DNA of 33,584 bases from Candidatus Eiseniibacteriota bacterium. GTDB lineage: Bacteria; Eisenbacteria; RBG-16-71-46. How positions within the stretch are numbered: the stretch's first letter is position 1; each line of letters starts with the position of its first letter. Positions 17,724 through 26,883 of the stretch are shown piece by piece. The notes beneath the pieces were generated by a model, which was given only the letters and a program-made list of their open reading frames with translations, had not been told where the DNA came from and ran no database searches. Where the stretch lies: contig JBGPFC010000038.1 of NCBI GenBank assembly GCA_041483195.1, positions 1 to 33,584 of the forward strand. Direction: 5' to 3'. The translations under genes were made by a program, and so were the position numbers.

Positions 17724-17782
17724 CCCCAGCGCCCGGCCGGCGCGGCGCGCGCGGCCAGGAACCGCATGATCGCCTTCAGCGC

Positions 17783-17817
17783 GAACGCGGGCGGAAAGTG
17801 GCCTCCCGCCCGCGTCC
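17783..17817 (-). terminator. Long hairpin downstream of rplQ (end of ribosomal super-operon)
   Basis: ACGCGGGCGG (17785-17794) and CCGCCCGCGT (17806-17815) form a perfect 10-bp inverted repeat, extendable by G-U pairs on the minus strand; no U-tract. Confidence 0.55.
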
Positions 17818-17842
17818 CGTTCGTCCCGGCGTGGTGGGCGCG

Positions 17843-18406
17843 TCAGCCGGTCTTCACCCCGGTACGGGTGCGCTTCTTCGCCGGCGCCGCCACCGCGGCC
17901 TTCTCCTTCTTTCCGCGTTTCGGTTTCTCCGCCGCTGGCTCGCCTTCGGCGAGCACCTTGGACTTCTTCTTCGGAGCCCCGCCCTTGAGCGCGGCCTCCT
18001 TCGCCTCCGCCGCCGCGATGCGCGCCGCCCGCTCCTGCTCGCGCTGCACGGCGCTCTTCACCAGCTCGAGGTATGCGGTCTCGCCGGCGTCCCCCAGCCG
18101 GCGCCCGATGCGCAGGATGCGGGTGTATCCGCCGTTGCGTTCCGCGTACCAGGGCGCGATGGTCGTGAACAGCTTCTGCGTGATCTCGGGCTTCATCACG
18201 AAGCGCGCGACGTGCCGCCGCGCCGCGACATCGCCGCGCTTGGCGAACGTGATGAGGCGCTCGGCCAGCCGCCGCGCCTCCTTGGCCTTGGCCACCGTGG
18301 TCTCGATGCGCTCGTACTCGTAGAGCGCCGTGACCAGGTTGCGCAGCACCGCGCGCCGGTGCGAAGCGGTGCGGCTCAGTTTGCGATGGTCTTTGCGGTG
18401 TCGCAT
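17843..18406 (-). CDS. rplQ: 50S ribosomal protein bL17 with Lys/Ala-rich C-terminal extension
   Basis: [38 protein letters not shown]. Confidence 0.97.
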   Translation of the reverse strand: MRHRKDHRKLSRTASHRRAVLRNLVTALYEYERIETTVAKAKEARRLAERLITFAKRGDVAARRHVARFVMKPEITQKLFTTIAPWYAERNGGYTRILRIGRRLGDAGETAYLELVKSAVQREQERAARIAAAEAKEAALKGGAPKKKSKVLAEGEPAAEKPKRGKKEKAAVAAPAKKRTRTGVKTG

Positions 18407-18454
18407 GGATCGCTTCCTCTCTCTCGCGGCGCCGGATCGCGCGCGTCCCCGTTC

Positions 18455-19450
18455 CTAGTGCTCCGCCTCGATCATGATCCGGGGCTCGCGATACCGGGTC
18501 ACGTCCATCCCGAAATGGAGGCCCATCTCACCCAGGATGTCCTGGATCTCCTTGAGGGACTTGCGACCGAAGTTTCGGTACTTGAGCATCTCCGGCTCGC
18601 CCTTCTGCACCAGGTCGCCGATCGACTTGATCTCGGCGGCGCGCAGGCAATTGCTGGAGCGTACCGACAGCTCGAGCTCCTCGACGCTCTTGTCGAGCAG
18701 CTTCCGCACGCGGAGAATCTCCTCGTCGACCTCCTCCTCGACTTCCTCCTCGATCGGTTCCTCGAAGTGGATGAAGAGGTTGAAGTGGTCGCGGAGGATC
18801 TTGGCCGCCACCGCCACCGCGTCGGACGGCAGGATGCTGAGATCGGTCCACACTTCGAGCGTGAGCTTGTCGTAGTCGATGCGCTGGCCGAGACGCGTCG
18901 CTTCCACCTGGAAGTTCACGCGCGTGACCGGCGAGAACAGCGAGTCGATCGGGATCACCCCGATCGGCCGGTCGGTGGCCGAGTGCTGGTCGGCCGAGAC
19001 GTATCCACGACCGCCGCCGATCTCGACTTCCATGCGGAGATCGCCGTCCCGATTGAGGGTCGCGATGTGGAGGTCCGGGTTCAGGATCTGAACCTCGGCG
19101 TCGACCTTGAGATCGCCCGCGCGCACCTCGCCCTTGCCGCGCATTTCGAATGTGCCCTTCTTCGGACCGTCACCGTGCAGCTTCAGGCGCACCTGCTTCA
19201 GGTTGAGGATGATCTCGGTGACGTCTTCGATGACGCCCGGAAGCGTCGAGAACTCGTGGAGCACGCCATCGATCCGCACCGCCGTGATGCCGGCGCCCTG
19301 GAGCGAGGAGAGCAGAACGCGCCGCAGCGCGTTGCCCAGCGTGATCCCGAATCCGCGCTCGAGCGGCTCGATCAGGAACTTGCCGTACCCTTCCGTGTTC
19401 GCGGGATCGGGAACGACCTGCTTCGGCATCGTGAGGTTCTTCCACTTCAT
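18455..19450 (-). CDS. rpoA: RNA polymerase alpha subunit
   Basis: EPLERGFGITLGNALRRVLLSS, GVLHEF, ELELSVRSSNCL, NFGRKSL. Confidence 0.98.
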   Translation of the reverse strand: MKWKNLTMPKQVVPDPANTEGYGKFLIEPLERGFGITLGNALRRVLLSSLQGAGITAVRIDGVLHEFSTLPGVIEDVTEIILNLKQVRLKLHGDGPKKGTFEMRGKGEVRAGDLKVDAEVQILNPDLHIATLNRDGDLRMEVEIGGGRGYVSADQHSATDRPIGVIPIDSLFSPVTRVNFQVEATRLGQRIDYDKLTLEVWTDLSILPSDAVAVAAKILRDHFNLFIHFEEPIEEEVEEEVDEEILRVRKLLDKSVEELELSVRSSNCLRAAEIKSIGDLVQKGEPEMLKYRNFGRKSLKEIQDILGEMGLHFGMDVTRYREPRIMIEAEH

Positions 19451-19479
19451 CTTTCAGCCTCCCTCGTGGGTGGAGGTCG

Positions 19480-20109
19480 TTACTTCGAGTAAAGCTCGAC
19501 GATGAGTTGCTCGTTGATCGGTACCGGAATCGACGCGCGGGTCGGAATGTTCAAGATGCGGCCGCTGATCTTGTCGGTGTTGAGATCCATCCATTCGGGA
19601 ACGCCCTGTCCCTTGCGCGCCTCGAGCGAGGACTGCACCGAGATCAGCTTCTTGCTCTTCTCCCGCAACGACACCTCGTCGCCGGCCTTGACCAGCATCG
19701 AGGGAATATCCGCGGAGCGGCCATTGATCGTGATGTGTCCGTGCCGCACCAGCTGGCGCGCCGCGCTGCGCGATGACGCCAGGCCCAGTCGGAACACGAC
19801 GTTGTCGAGCCGGCGCTCCAGCAGCTGGAGCAGCACCTCACCGGTGACGCCCTTCGACTCGGTCGCCTTGCTGAACGTGTGACGGAACTGCCGCTCGAGC
19901 AGGCCATAGATGCGCCGCGCCTTCTGCTTCTCGCGCAGCTGCTGGCCGTAGTTCGTTTCCTTGATCCGCCGGCTCTTGCCGTGCTCGCCGGGCGCGTAGC
20001 CCCGGCGCTCGAACGCGCACTTGTCCGTGAAGCAGCGTGCGCCCTTCAGGAACAGCTTCATGCCCTCGCGCCGGCAGAGCCGGCATCGCGCATCGTGATA
20101 GACCGCCAT
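19480..20109 (-). CDS. rpsD: 30S ribosomal protein uS4 (Cys-containing form)
   Basis: CRLCRREG..LKGARCFTDKC, YGQQLREKQK, LERRLDNVVFRLG, EQLIVELYSK. Confidence 0.98.
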   Translation of the reverse strand: MAVYHDARCRLCRREGMKLFLKGARCFTDKCAFERRGYAPGEHGKSRRIKETNYGQQLREKQKARRIYGLLERQFRHTFSKATESKGVTGEVLLQLLERRLDNVVFRLGLASSRSAARQLVRHGHITINGRSADIPSMLVKAGDEVSLREKSKKLISVQSSLEARKGQGVPEWMDLNTDKISGRILNIPTRASIPVPINEQLIVELYSK

Positions 20110-20122
20110 GAGTCGCGCTCTC

Positions 20123-20509
20123 CTAGACCCGGCGCCGCTTGGGCGGGCGGCAACCGTTGTGAGGAATCGGTGTCACGTCTTTGATGGCTGAGATCTCGAG
20201 CCCTGCCGCCTGCAGTGAGCGGATGGCCGCCTCTCGTCCCCCACCCGGGCCCTTGACCCAGACCTCGACACGCTTCATGCCCTGATTCAGCGCCTCGCGC
20301 GCGCTCGCCTCGGCCGCGACCTGCGCGGCGAACGGCGTGCTCTTGCGGGAGCCCTTGAAGCCCACCTTGCCGGCGCTCGCCCAGGTGATGACGTTGCCGT
20401 CCATGTCGGTGATGGTGACGATGGTGTTGTTGAAGCTCGCCTGCACGTGAGCCACTCCATTGGCGCTCACTTTGCGGTCGCGCTTCTTGACCTTCTTGAC
20501 TTCCGCCAC
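20123..20509 (-). CDS. rpsK: 30S ribosomal protein uS11
   Basis: [44 protein letters not shown]. Confidence 0.98.
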   Translation of the reverse strand: MAEVKKVKKRDRKVSANGVAHVQASFNNTIVTITDMDGNVITWASAGKVGFKGSRKSTPFAAQVAAEASAREALNQGMKRVEVWVKGPGGGREAAIRSLQAAGLEISAIKDVTPIPHNGCRPPKRRRV

Positions 20510-20557
20510 TCGAAACCTCCGTTCGGGCGCGCCCGCGGCCGCCCGTTCGCAGTCGGG

Positions 20558-20962
20558 TTACTTCTTGGGTGCCGGCTTCGCGGCCACCGGCGCCGCCTTC
20601 TTCATCACGCCCGCGGTCTTCTTCGGACCCTTGCGGGTACGTGCGTTGGTCTTCGTGCGCTGGCCGCGCACCGGCAGCCCGCGCCGATGCCGCAACCCGC
20701 GATAGGCCCCGATGTCCATCAGACGCTTGATGTTCATCGACATCTCGCTGCGGAGCGAGCCTTCCACCTTGTATTCGCGCTCGATGACGTTGCGCAGCTT
20801 GCCCGCGTCCTCGTCGCTCATGCTCTTCACCCGCACGTCCGGGTTGACCCCGGTCGTCGCGAGGATCTTCTTCGCGGTCGTGCGCCCGATTCCGTAGATG
20901 TACGTCAGCGCGACCTCGATCCGCTTCTCGGACGGCAAGTCGACACCCGCAATGCGTGCCAC
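20558..20962 (-). CDS. rpsM: 30S ribosomal protein uS13
   Basis: [43 protein letters not shown]. Confidence 0.98.
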   Translation of the reverse strand: MARIAGVDLPSEKRIEVALTYIYGIGRTTAKKILATTGVNPDVRVKSMSDEDAGKLRNVIEREYKVEGSLRSEMSMNIKRLMDIGAYRGLRHRRGLPVRGQRTKTNARTRKGPKKTAGVMKKAAPVAAKPAPKK

Positions 20963-20977
20963 GGTGATCCTCCCTCG

Positions 20978-21094
20978 CTACTTCTGACGCTGTTTGTGCC
21001 GCGGATTGCGATCGCAGATCACGCGGATGACGCCCTTGCGACGCACCACCTTGCAGTGCTCGCAGATCTTCTTCACGGAAGTACGCACCTTCAT
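20978..21094 (-). CDS. rpmJ: 50S ribosomal protein bL36 (Zn-binding form)
   Basis: Not in the ORF track; manual translation [38 protein letters not shown]. Confidence 0.96.
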   Translation of the reverse strand: MKVRTSVKKICEHCKVVRRKGVIRVICDRNPRHKQRQK

Positions 21095-21107
21095 GCGAAG
21101 CGCTCCT

Positions 21108-21326
21108 CTACTTGTAGCGGTAGACGATCCGGCCCCGGGTGAGATCGTACGGCGACAGCTCGACCGTCACCTTGTCTCCCGGCAGAATCTTGATGAAATG
21201 CATCCGCATCTTTCCCGAGATGTGGGCGAGGACCTTATGGCCGTTCTCCAGCTCAACGCGGAACATCGCGTTGGGGAGCGGCTCGACCACCGTGCCCTCG
21301 ACCTGGATGCCCTCTTCTTTCGCCAT
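21108..21326 (-). CDS. infA: Translation initiation factor IF-1
   Basis: [39 protein letters not shown]. Confidence 0.98.
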   Translation of the reverse strand: MAKEEGIQVEGTVVEPLPNAMFRVELENGHKVLAHISGKMRMHFIKILPGDKVTVELSPYDLTRGRIVYRYK

Positions 21327-21338
21327 TCGATCCCCTGG

Positions 21339-22094
21339 TCAATCCCCGTCTGGCCGCGAGAGGATCTCGGGCCCGTCCCGACCCACCGCCACCGTGTGCT
21401 CGAAATGAGCGCTCAGCGACCCGTCCCGCGTCACGACCGTCCACCCGTCGGGCTGCGTGACGACATCCGCCGTGCCGATGTTCACCATCGGCTCGATCGC
21501 GAGCACCTGCCCCACCATGAGCCGCGGTCCCCGGCCGGGCGCCCCGTAGTTCGGGACCTGGGGCTCCTCGTGCATCTCTCGTCCGATCCCGTGACCCACC
21601 AGTGCACGCACCACCGAATACCCCTCGCGCTCGACGTGCGACTGGATCGCGAACGAGATGTCGCCGACCCGATTGCCGGCCCGCGCCTGCTCGATTCCCT
21701 TCGCCAGCGATTCCCGCGCGACATCGAGCAGCCGCCGCGCCTCGTCGCTCACCGCGCCCACCGGCACCGTCACCGCCGAATCGCCGTAGAAACCGTCTTT
21801 CTCGACGCCCACGTCCAGTCCCACGATGTCGCCCTCTTCGAGGCGCCGCGCGCCGGGAATGCCGTGGACCACTTCCTCGTTCACCGCCTGGCAGATCGAG
21901 GCGGGGAACCCGCGATAACCTTTGAACGCCGGCCGTCCGCCGCTCTTCAGAATGAATTCCTCGGCGATCCGATCCAGCTCGGCCGTGGTCACCCCCGGTC
22001 GAACTTCGCGTTGAAGCAGCTGCAGCGTCTTCGCGACGAGTCGCGCCGCGCCGCGGATCGCCTCGATCTCCGTCTGGTCTCTCAGATAAACCAC
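21339..22094 (-). CDS. map: Type I methionine aminopeptidase
   Basis: FKGYRGFPASIC, NEEVVHGIP, GFYGDSA, GHGIG..HEEP, AIEPM, SAHFEHTV. Confidence 0.96.
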   Translation of the reverse strand: MVYLRDQTEIEAIRGAARLVAKTLQLLQREVRPGVTTAELDRIAEEFILKSGGRPAFKGYRGFPASICQAVNEEVVHGIPGARRLEEGDIVGLDVGVEKDGFYGDSAVTVPVGAVSDEARRLLDVARESLAKGIEQARAGNRVGDISFAIQSHVEREGYSVVRALVGHGIGREMHEEPQVPNYGAPGRGPRLMVGQVLAIEPMVNIGTADVVTQPDGWTVVTRDGSLSAHFEHTVAVGRDGPEILSRPDGD

Positions 22095-22098
22095 GCGC

Positions 22099-22761
22099 TC
22101 ACCTTGCCGTTCCCGCGCATCCCAGCGCCTGCGTCAATCGCCCGTAGACCTCGTCGATGCCGCCGCCCGCCGGCACCTCGCCCAGCCGCCGGCCGGCGCG
22201 GTAGTAATCCACCAGCGGAGCGGTTTGCGTCCGGTAGACCTCGAGCCGCCGCCGCACGGTCGCTTCGGCGTCGTCGGCGCGCTGCACCAACTCCTCGGCG
22301 GGATGATCGTCGCAATGACGTCCGTCCCGAGGCGGAGCACTGATCAGATTGTAAGCCCGCTTGCACGCCGGGCACTCCCGGCGCGCCGTGAGCCGCTTCA
22401 CCAGTTCCACTTCCGGCATGGCCAGCAACACCACGGCATCCAGCCTCTGCCCGCGTCCCGCGAGCACACCGTCCAGCGCGTCCGCCTGCGCGACCGTGCG
22501 CGGAAATCCGTCGAGCACGAAACCCGCGCCGGCGTCGGCCTCGGCGGTGCGATCCCGCACCAGCCCGATCATCACGTCGTCTCCGACCAGCAACCCCATG
22601 TCCATCTGCCGCCGGGCCTCGAGGCCGAGCGCCGTCCCGCGCGTGGCGGCCGCGCGGAGGATCTCGCCTGTCGAAATCAGCGCCCACCGGTGCTCGGCCG
22701 CGAGCCGCCGCCCCTGCGTGCCCTTGCCCACGCCCGGCGGTCCGAGCAGCACTACCCGCAC
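22099..22761 (-). CDS. adk: Adenylate kinase (long, Cys-containing LID)
   Basis: GTG 22761; GPPGVGKGTQ P-loop, ISTGEILR, GFVLDGFPRT, QRADD, QTAPLVDYY. Confidence 0.95.
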   Translation of the reverse strand: MRVVLLGPPGVGKGTQGRRLAAEHRWALISTGEILRAAATRGTALGLEARRQMDMGLLVGDDVMIGLVRDRTAEADAGAGFVLDGFPRTVAQADALDGVLAGRGQRLDAVVLLAMPEVELVKRLTARRECPACKRAYNLISAPPRDGRHCDDHPAEELVQRADDAEATVRRRLEVYRTQTAPLVDYYRAGRRLGEVPAGGGIDEVYGRLTQALGCAGTAR

Positions 22762-22763
22762 GG

Positions 22764-24083
22764 CTACATTCTCTGCCGGCCGCGAATGCGGCCGCGCTTC
22801 ACGAAGCCCTCGTAGTGTCGCATCAGCAGATGCGACTCGATCTGCTGCAGTGTATCGAGCGCCACTCCCACCACGATCAGCACGCTGGTGCCTCCGAAGC
22901 CCAGGAAGGGCATTCCGAAGGAGGCGATCAGCGCGTCCGGCAGCACCGCGATCAGCGCGAGGAAGACCGCGCCGGGCAGCGTGATGCGCGTGAGCACCCG
23001 ATCGATGTACTCGGCGGTCTTGCGGCCCGGACGAATGCCGGGAACGAAGCCGCCGTACTTCCGCATGTTCTCGGCGAGGTCGTTGGGATTGAGCACGACC
23101 GCCGTGTAGAAGTACGTGAAGAAGATGATGATGACCGCGTAGACCACGTTGTAGAGCAGGCCGAGCGGATTGAACCACTGCGCGAGCGACGCGAGCGGAT
23201 TGGTGGGCGGCACGAAGCCGGCCACCGTGGTCGGCAGGATCATGAGGCTCGACGCGAAGATGATGGGAATCACTCCCGCGCTGTTGACGCGGAGCGGGAT
23301 ATGCGTGTTCTGGCCGCCGAGCATGCGACGCCCGACGATCCGCTTCGCGTACTGCACCGGGATCTTGCGCGTCGCCTGCGTCATGATGATGACCGCGGCC
23401 ACCACCCCGACCATCAGCGCCAGCGCGATCAGCACGACGAACAGCGAGAGCGTCCCCGCGCGGAAGCTGTCGTACGCGGCCAGCACCCGGTTCGGCACGC
23501 CGCCCAGGATGTTCACGAAGATGATGAGCGAGATCCCGTTGCCGATCCCGTGCTCGGTGATCTTCTCGCCCAGCCACATCACGAAGATGGTGCCGGTGGT
23601 CTGGGTGATGATGGTCGAGAGGCTGAAGAGCATGCCCGGGTGCGGCACCACGGTGAGGCCCTGCGAAGCGCCCATGTTCACGAGGAACACGCTGTACGCG
23701 AACGACTGGACGATCGAGATCAGCACCGTTCCGTAGCGCGTGACCTGCGTGAGCTTCTTCTGCCCTTCCTCGCCCTCCTTGCGCAGCTTCTCGAAATACG
23801 GGACCACGGCGCCGAGCAGCTGGATGATGATCGATGACGAGATGTACGGCATGATGCCGAGCGCGAAGATGGTCGCGCGCGAGAACGCGCCGCCCACGAA
23901 CAGGTCGTACAGTCCGAACAGGGTGCCGCGCTGGCGCTCGAACGCGCTCGCGAGGGCGCGCGCGTTGACGCCCGGCGTCGGGACGTGCTCGCCCAGGCGG
24001 TACACGATGAACAGCGCCAGCGTGAACAGAATCCGGCGCCGCAGCTCTGGGACCTGGAACAGATTGCGGAATTTCTCGAACAT
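22764..24083 (-). CDS. secY: Preprotein translocase SecY
   Basis: IFALGIMPYISSSII, MWLGEKITEHGIGNGISLIIF, NSAGVIPIIFA, GFVPGIRPG, FGGTSVLIVVGV. Confidence 0.98.
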   Translation of the reverse strand: MFEKFRNLFQVPELRRRILFTLALFIVYRLGEHVPTPGVNARALASAFERQRGTLFGLYDLFVGGAFSRATIFALGIMPYISSSIIIQLLGAVVPYFEKLRKEGEEGQKKLTQVTRYGTVLISIVQSFAYSVFLVNMGASQGLTVVPHPGMLFSLSTIITQTTGTIFVMWLGEKITEHGIGNGISLIIFVNILGGVPNRVLAAYDSFRAGTLSLFVVLIALALMVGVVAAVIIMTQATRKIPVQYAKRIVGRRMLGGQNTHIPLRVNSAGVIPIIFASSLMILPTTVAGFVPPTNPLASLAQWFNPLGLLYNVVYAVIIIFFTYFYTAVVLNPNDLAENMRKYGGFVPGIRPGRKTAEYIDRVLTRITLPGAVFLALIAVLPDALIASFGMPFLGFGGTSVLIVVGVALDTLQQIESHLLMRHYEGFVKRGRIRGRQRM

Positions 24084-24089
24084 GCGCGC

Positions 24090-24539
24090 TTAGCTCTCCA
24101 CGACCGGCGTCTCGACCTTGCCACCCAGCGCTTCGATCGCCTTCCGCGCCGCGGCGCTCGCGGCGTCGACGCGCACCGTGAGCGCGACCTTGAGCTCGCC
24201 GCCGGCCAGCAGCTTGATCGGCCCGCGGGTGCTGACGATGCGCCGGGCCCTGAGCCAGGCGCGGTCCACGATCGAGCCGGCGGGCGCCGCCGCGAGCCGG
24301 CCGACGCTGACGACGTGATACTCGACGCGGTTGACGTTGTGGAATCCGCGCTTCGGCAGCCGGCGCTGGATCGGCATCTGGCCGCCTTCGAACCACGCCG
24401 GGATCTTGCCGCCGGCGCGCGCCTTCTTGCCCTTGTGGCCCTTGCCGGCCGTGCCGCCGAGGCCGCTCGCGCCGCCCTTGCCACGCCGCTTGGACGGACG
24501 GGTGGAGCCGGCCGCCGGACGAATGGTTCCAATTCGCAT
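24090..24539 (-). CDS. rplO: 50S ribosomal protein uL15
   Basis: GKGHKG, WFEGGQMPIQRRLPKRGF. Confidence 0.96.
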   Translation of the reverse strand: MRIGTIRPAAGSTRPSKRRGKGGASGLGGTAGKGHKGKKARAGGKIPAWFEGGQMPIQRRLPKRGFHNVNRVEYHVVSVGRLAAAPAGSIVDRAWLRARRIVSTRGPIKLLAGGELKVALTVRVDAASAAARKAIEALGGKVETPVVES

Positions 24540-24550
24540 GCTTGGTTTCC

Positions 24551-24736
24551 TTACTTGCTCTCGTCCACCTGAACCAGGTGGCGGATTTTGAAGATCATGC
24601 CCCGGATCTGGGGCGTGTCGGTGTGTTCGACGACCTGGTGCATGCGACGAATGCCCAGCGCCCGCACCGTCGCCGCGTGATCGGCCTTGTGACCGCTCGC
24701 GCTCTTGGTCTGGCGGATTCGCAGCCTACGCGCCAT
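24551..24736 (-). CDS. rpmD: 50S ribosomal protein uL30
   Basis: [32 protein letters not shown]. Confidence 0.95.
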   Translation of the reverse strand: MARRLRIRQTKSASGHKADHAATVRALGIRRMHQVVEHTDTPQIRGMIFKIRHLVQVDESK

Positions 24737-25280
24737 GGGTCACCCGCCGCGGCCCGAACAGCTCCTCGAGCGTCATGCCGCGCATCGCCGCGACGTCGGA
24801 GGGCCGGCGCAGGCGCCGCAATCCGTCGACCGTGGCCTTGACCAGGTTGTGGGGATTGCGGCTCCCCAGGCACTTGGTCAGCACGTTCTGCACGCCGGCG
24901 ACCTCGAGCACCGCGCGGACGCCCGAGCCGGCGATGACGCCGGTTCCGGCGGACGCCGGCTTGAGCAGCACCTCGCCCGCGCCGAACTTGCCGACGATCT
25001 CGTGCGGAATCGATCCGGAACGCGTGATCGGGACATTGAAGAAGTTCTTCTTCGCCGTATCGCCCGCCTTGCGGATCGCGTCGGCGACTTCGTTCGCCTT
25101 GCCGAGCCCCACGCCCACGCGTCCGTTCCGATCGCCGATCGCGACGATCGCGTTGAACGAGAAGCGGCGTCCGCCCTTCACGACCTTCGCGCAGCGATTG
25201 ATCTGGATCACGCGCTCCGTGAACTCCGACTTCGGAGCTTCCGATCCACGCATCGAACGACCACCTTCGGAACCACGCAC
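24726..25280 (-). CDS. rpsE: 30S ribosomal protein uS5
   Basis: [45 protein letters not shown] before GTG 25280. Confidence 0.97.
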   Translation of the reverse strand: MRGSEGGRSMRGSEAPKSEFTERVIQINRCAKVVKGGRRFSFNAIVAIGDRNGRVGVGLGKANEVADAIRKAGDTAKKNFFNVPITRSGSIPHEIVGKFGAGEVLLKPASAGTGVIAGSGVRAVLEVAGVQNVLTKCLGSRNPHNLVKATVDGLRRLRRPSDVAAMRGMTLEELFGPRRVTHGA

Positions 25281-25291
25281 CGGATGACCTC

Positions 25292-25657
25292 CTAGAATTG
25301 CAGACCCGCGGCGCGGGCGCCGTCGGCGACGGCCTTGACCCGCCCGTGGTACAGATAACCGCCGCGATCGAAGCAGACCTGGGTGATGCCCTTTTCCTTC
25401 GCGCGCTCGGCGAGCAGCCGTCCGACCGCGGCGCCGAGCCCGATCTTGCGCGGGCCCTCGGCGGCAGGCGTCAGCTGCTCGCGGCTCGAAGCGGCCGCCA
25501 ACGTGACGCCCCGGGCGTCGTCCACGATCTGCGCATAGATGTGCTTCGAGCTGCGGAACACCGAGAGCCGCGGCCGCGCCATGGTGCCCGCGACCTTCTT
25601 CCGGATCCGATAGCGCCGAATCTGGCGCCGCTCGTACTTGTTGTGCTGCCCGCTCAT
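25292..25657 (-). CDS. rplR: 50S ribosomal protein uL18
   Basis: [28 protein letters not shown]. Confidence 0.97.
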   Translation of the reverse strand: MSGQHNKYERRQIRRYRIRKKVAGTMARPRLSVFRSSKHIYAQIVDDARGVTLAAASSREQLTPAAEGPRKIGLGAAVGRLLAERAKEKGITQVCFDRGGYLYHGRVKAVADGARAAGLQF

Positions 25658-26193
25658 GACGCCGCCCCCGCTGCCTTCCCGGCCTTGCGACGGATGTACT
25701 CGCCTTCGTACTTGATGCCCTTGCCCTTGTACGGCTCGGGCGGGCGGAACCCGCGGATGTCCGCCGCGACCTGGCCGACCATGCCCTTGTCGGCCCCGCT
25801 GATGACCATGCGGGTGGGATTGTCGAGCTTGATCGTGATGCCCTGCGGCGGATCGAACGCGATCGGGTGCGAGAAGCCGAGCTGCAGCACCAGCTTCTTG
25901 CCGTCCATCTGCGCTCGATAGCCGGTGCCCACGATCTCCAGCGTCTTGCTGAAGCCCGTGGTGACGCCGAGCACCATGTTGTTGATCAGCGCGCGCATGG
26001 TGCCGAACGCCGGATTGCGCGTCTGCCGATCCGACGACACCTTCGCCTCGCCGTTCTCGATCGCGACCGATGTGCCCGTCAGGACGTGCACGCTGAGCTC
26101 GCCCTTCGGGCCCTTGACCCGCACGCGCTGGTCGCGCACTTCGACCGACACCCCCGCCGGGATCGGCACCGGCTTCTTTCCGACTCGCGACAT
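25654..26193 (-). CDS. rplF: 50S ribosomal protein uL6
   Basis: [35 protein letters not shown]. Confidence 0.97.
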   Translation of the reverse strand: MSRVGKKPVPIPAGVSVEVRDQRVRVKGPKGELSVHVLTGTSVAIENGEAKVSSDRQTRNPAFGTMRALINNMVLGVTTGFSKTLEIVGTGYRAQMDGKKLVLQLGFSHPIAFDPPQGITIKLDNPTRMVISGADKGMVGQVAADIRGFRPPEPYKGKGIKYEGEYIRRKAGKAAGAAS

Positions 26194-26203
26194 GGGCGCC
26201 CCC

Positions 26204-26602
26204 TTACCAGAGCTGGCAGATGATTTCGCCGCCGAGGCCCGCTTCGCGGGCCTCGCGATCGGTCATCATCCCGCGCGAGGTGGAGAGAATGGTGGAACCG
26301 AGCCCGCCCATGACGCGCGGGATGCGGTCGTGGCGCACGTAACGCCTCCGGCCCGGCGTGCTGATGCGCTTGATGCCGCTGATCACGGGCTGGTCGTCGG
26401 TCGTGTACTTGAGGTAGAGCCGAAGCACGCCCTGCTTGCGGTCCTCGATCACCTTGAAGTTGTTGATGTAACGCTCCCGCAGCAGCACGCGTGCGATCTC
26501 GGTCTTCACGCGAGTGGCCGGCACGTCCACCTTGCGGTGCTTCGCGCGGATGGCGTTGCGCACCCCGGTAAGGAAATCCGCGATCGGATCACTGACGGAC
26601 AT
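26204..26602 (-). CDS. rpsH: 30S ribosomal protein uS8
   Basis: DPIADFLT, ISTPGRRRY, ILSTSRG, GGEIIC. Confidence 0.97.
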   Translation of the reverse strand: MSVSDPIADFLTGVRNAIRAKHRKVDVPATRVKTEIARVLLRERYINNFKVIEDRKQGVLRLYLKYTTDDQPVISGIKRISTPGRRRYVRHDRIPRVMGGLGSTILSTSRGMMTDREAREAGLGGEIICQLW

Positions 26603-26686
26603 CGAACCTCCATGAGACCAGCGTTCAGGCGATCGCCTGCGGCCTGGCCTCGTCTCTGTGTGTGCCCCCCCTCCGGGGGGCCGCGA

Positions 26687-26872
26687 TCACCAGCTCGACT
26701 TGACGACGCCCGGGATCTGCCCGGTCAGCGCCAGGTCGCGGAAGCAGATCCGGCACAGACCGAAGTCCCGCAGGTAGGCGCGCGGGCGCCCGCAGCGATG
26801 GCAGCGGGTGTAGGCGCGCACCTTGAACTTCGGCGTCCGCTTCCACTTCTCGATGAGCGATTTCTTCGCCAT
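26687..26872 (-). CDS. rpsN: 30S ribosomal protein uS14 (61-aa zinc form)
   Basis: [26 protein letters not shown]. Confidence 0.97.
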   Translation of the reverse strand: MAKKSLIEKWKRTPKFKVRAYTRCHRCGRPRAYLRDFGLCRICFRDLALTGQIPGVVKSSW

Positions 26873-26883
26873 TGTTTCTCCCG

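Noticed and set aside
22762..24396. Apparent 765-aa Adk fusion ORF
   Set aside because: The upstream part is an alternate frame of secY/rplO; Adk homology starts at GTG 22761
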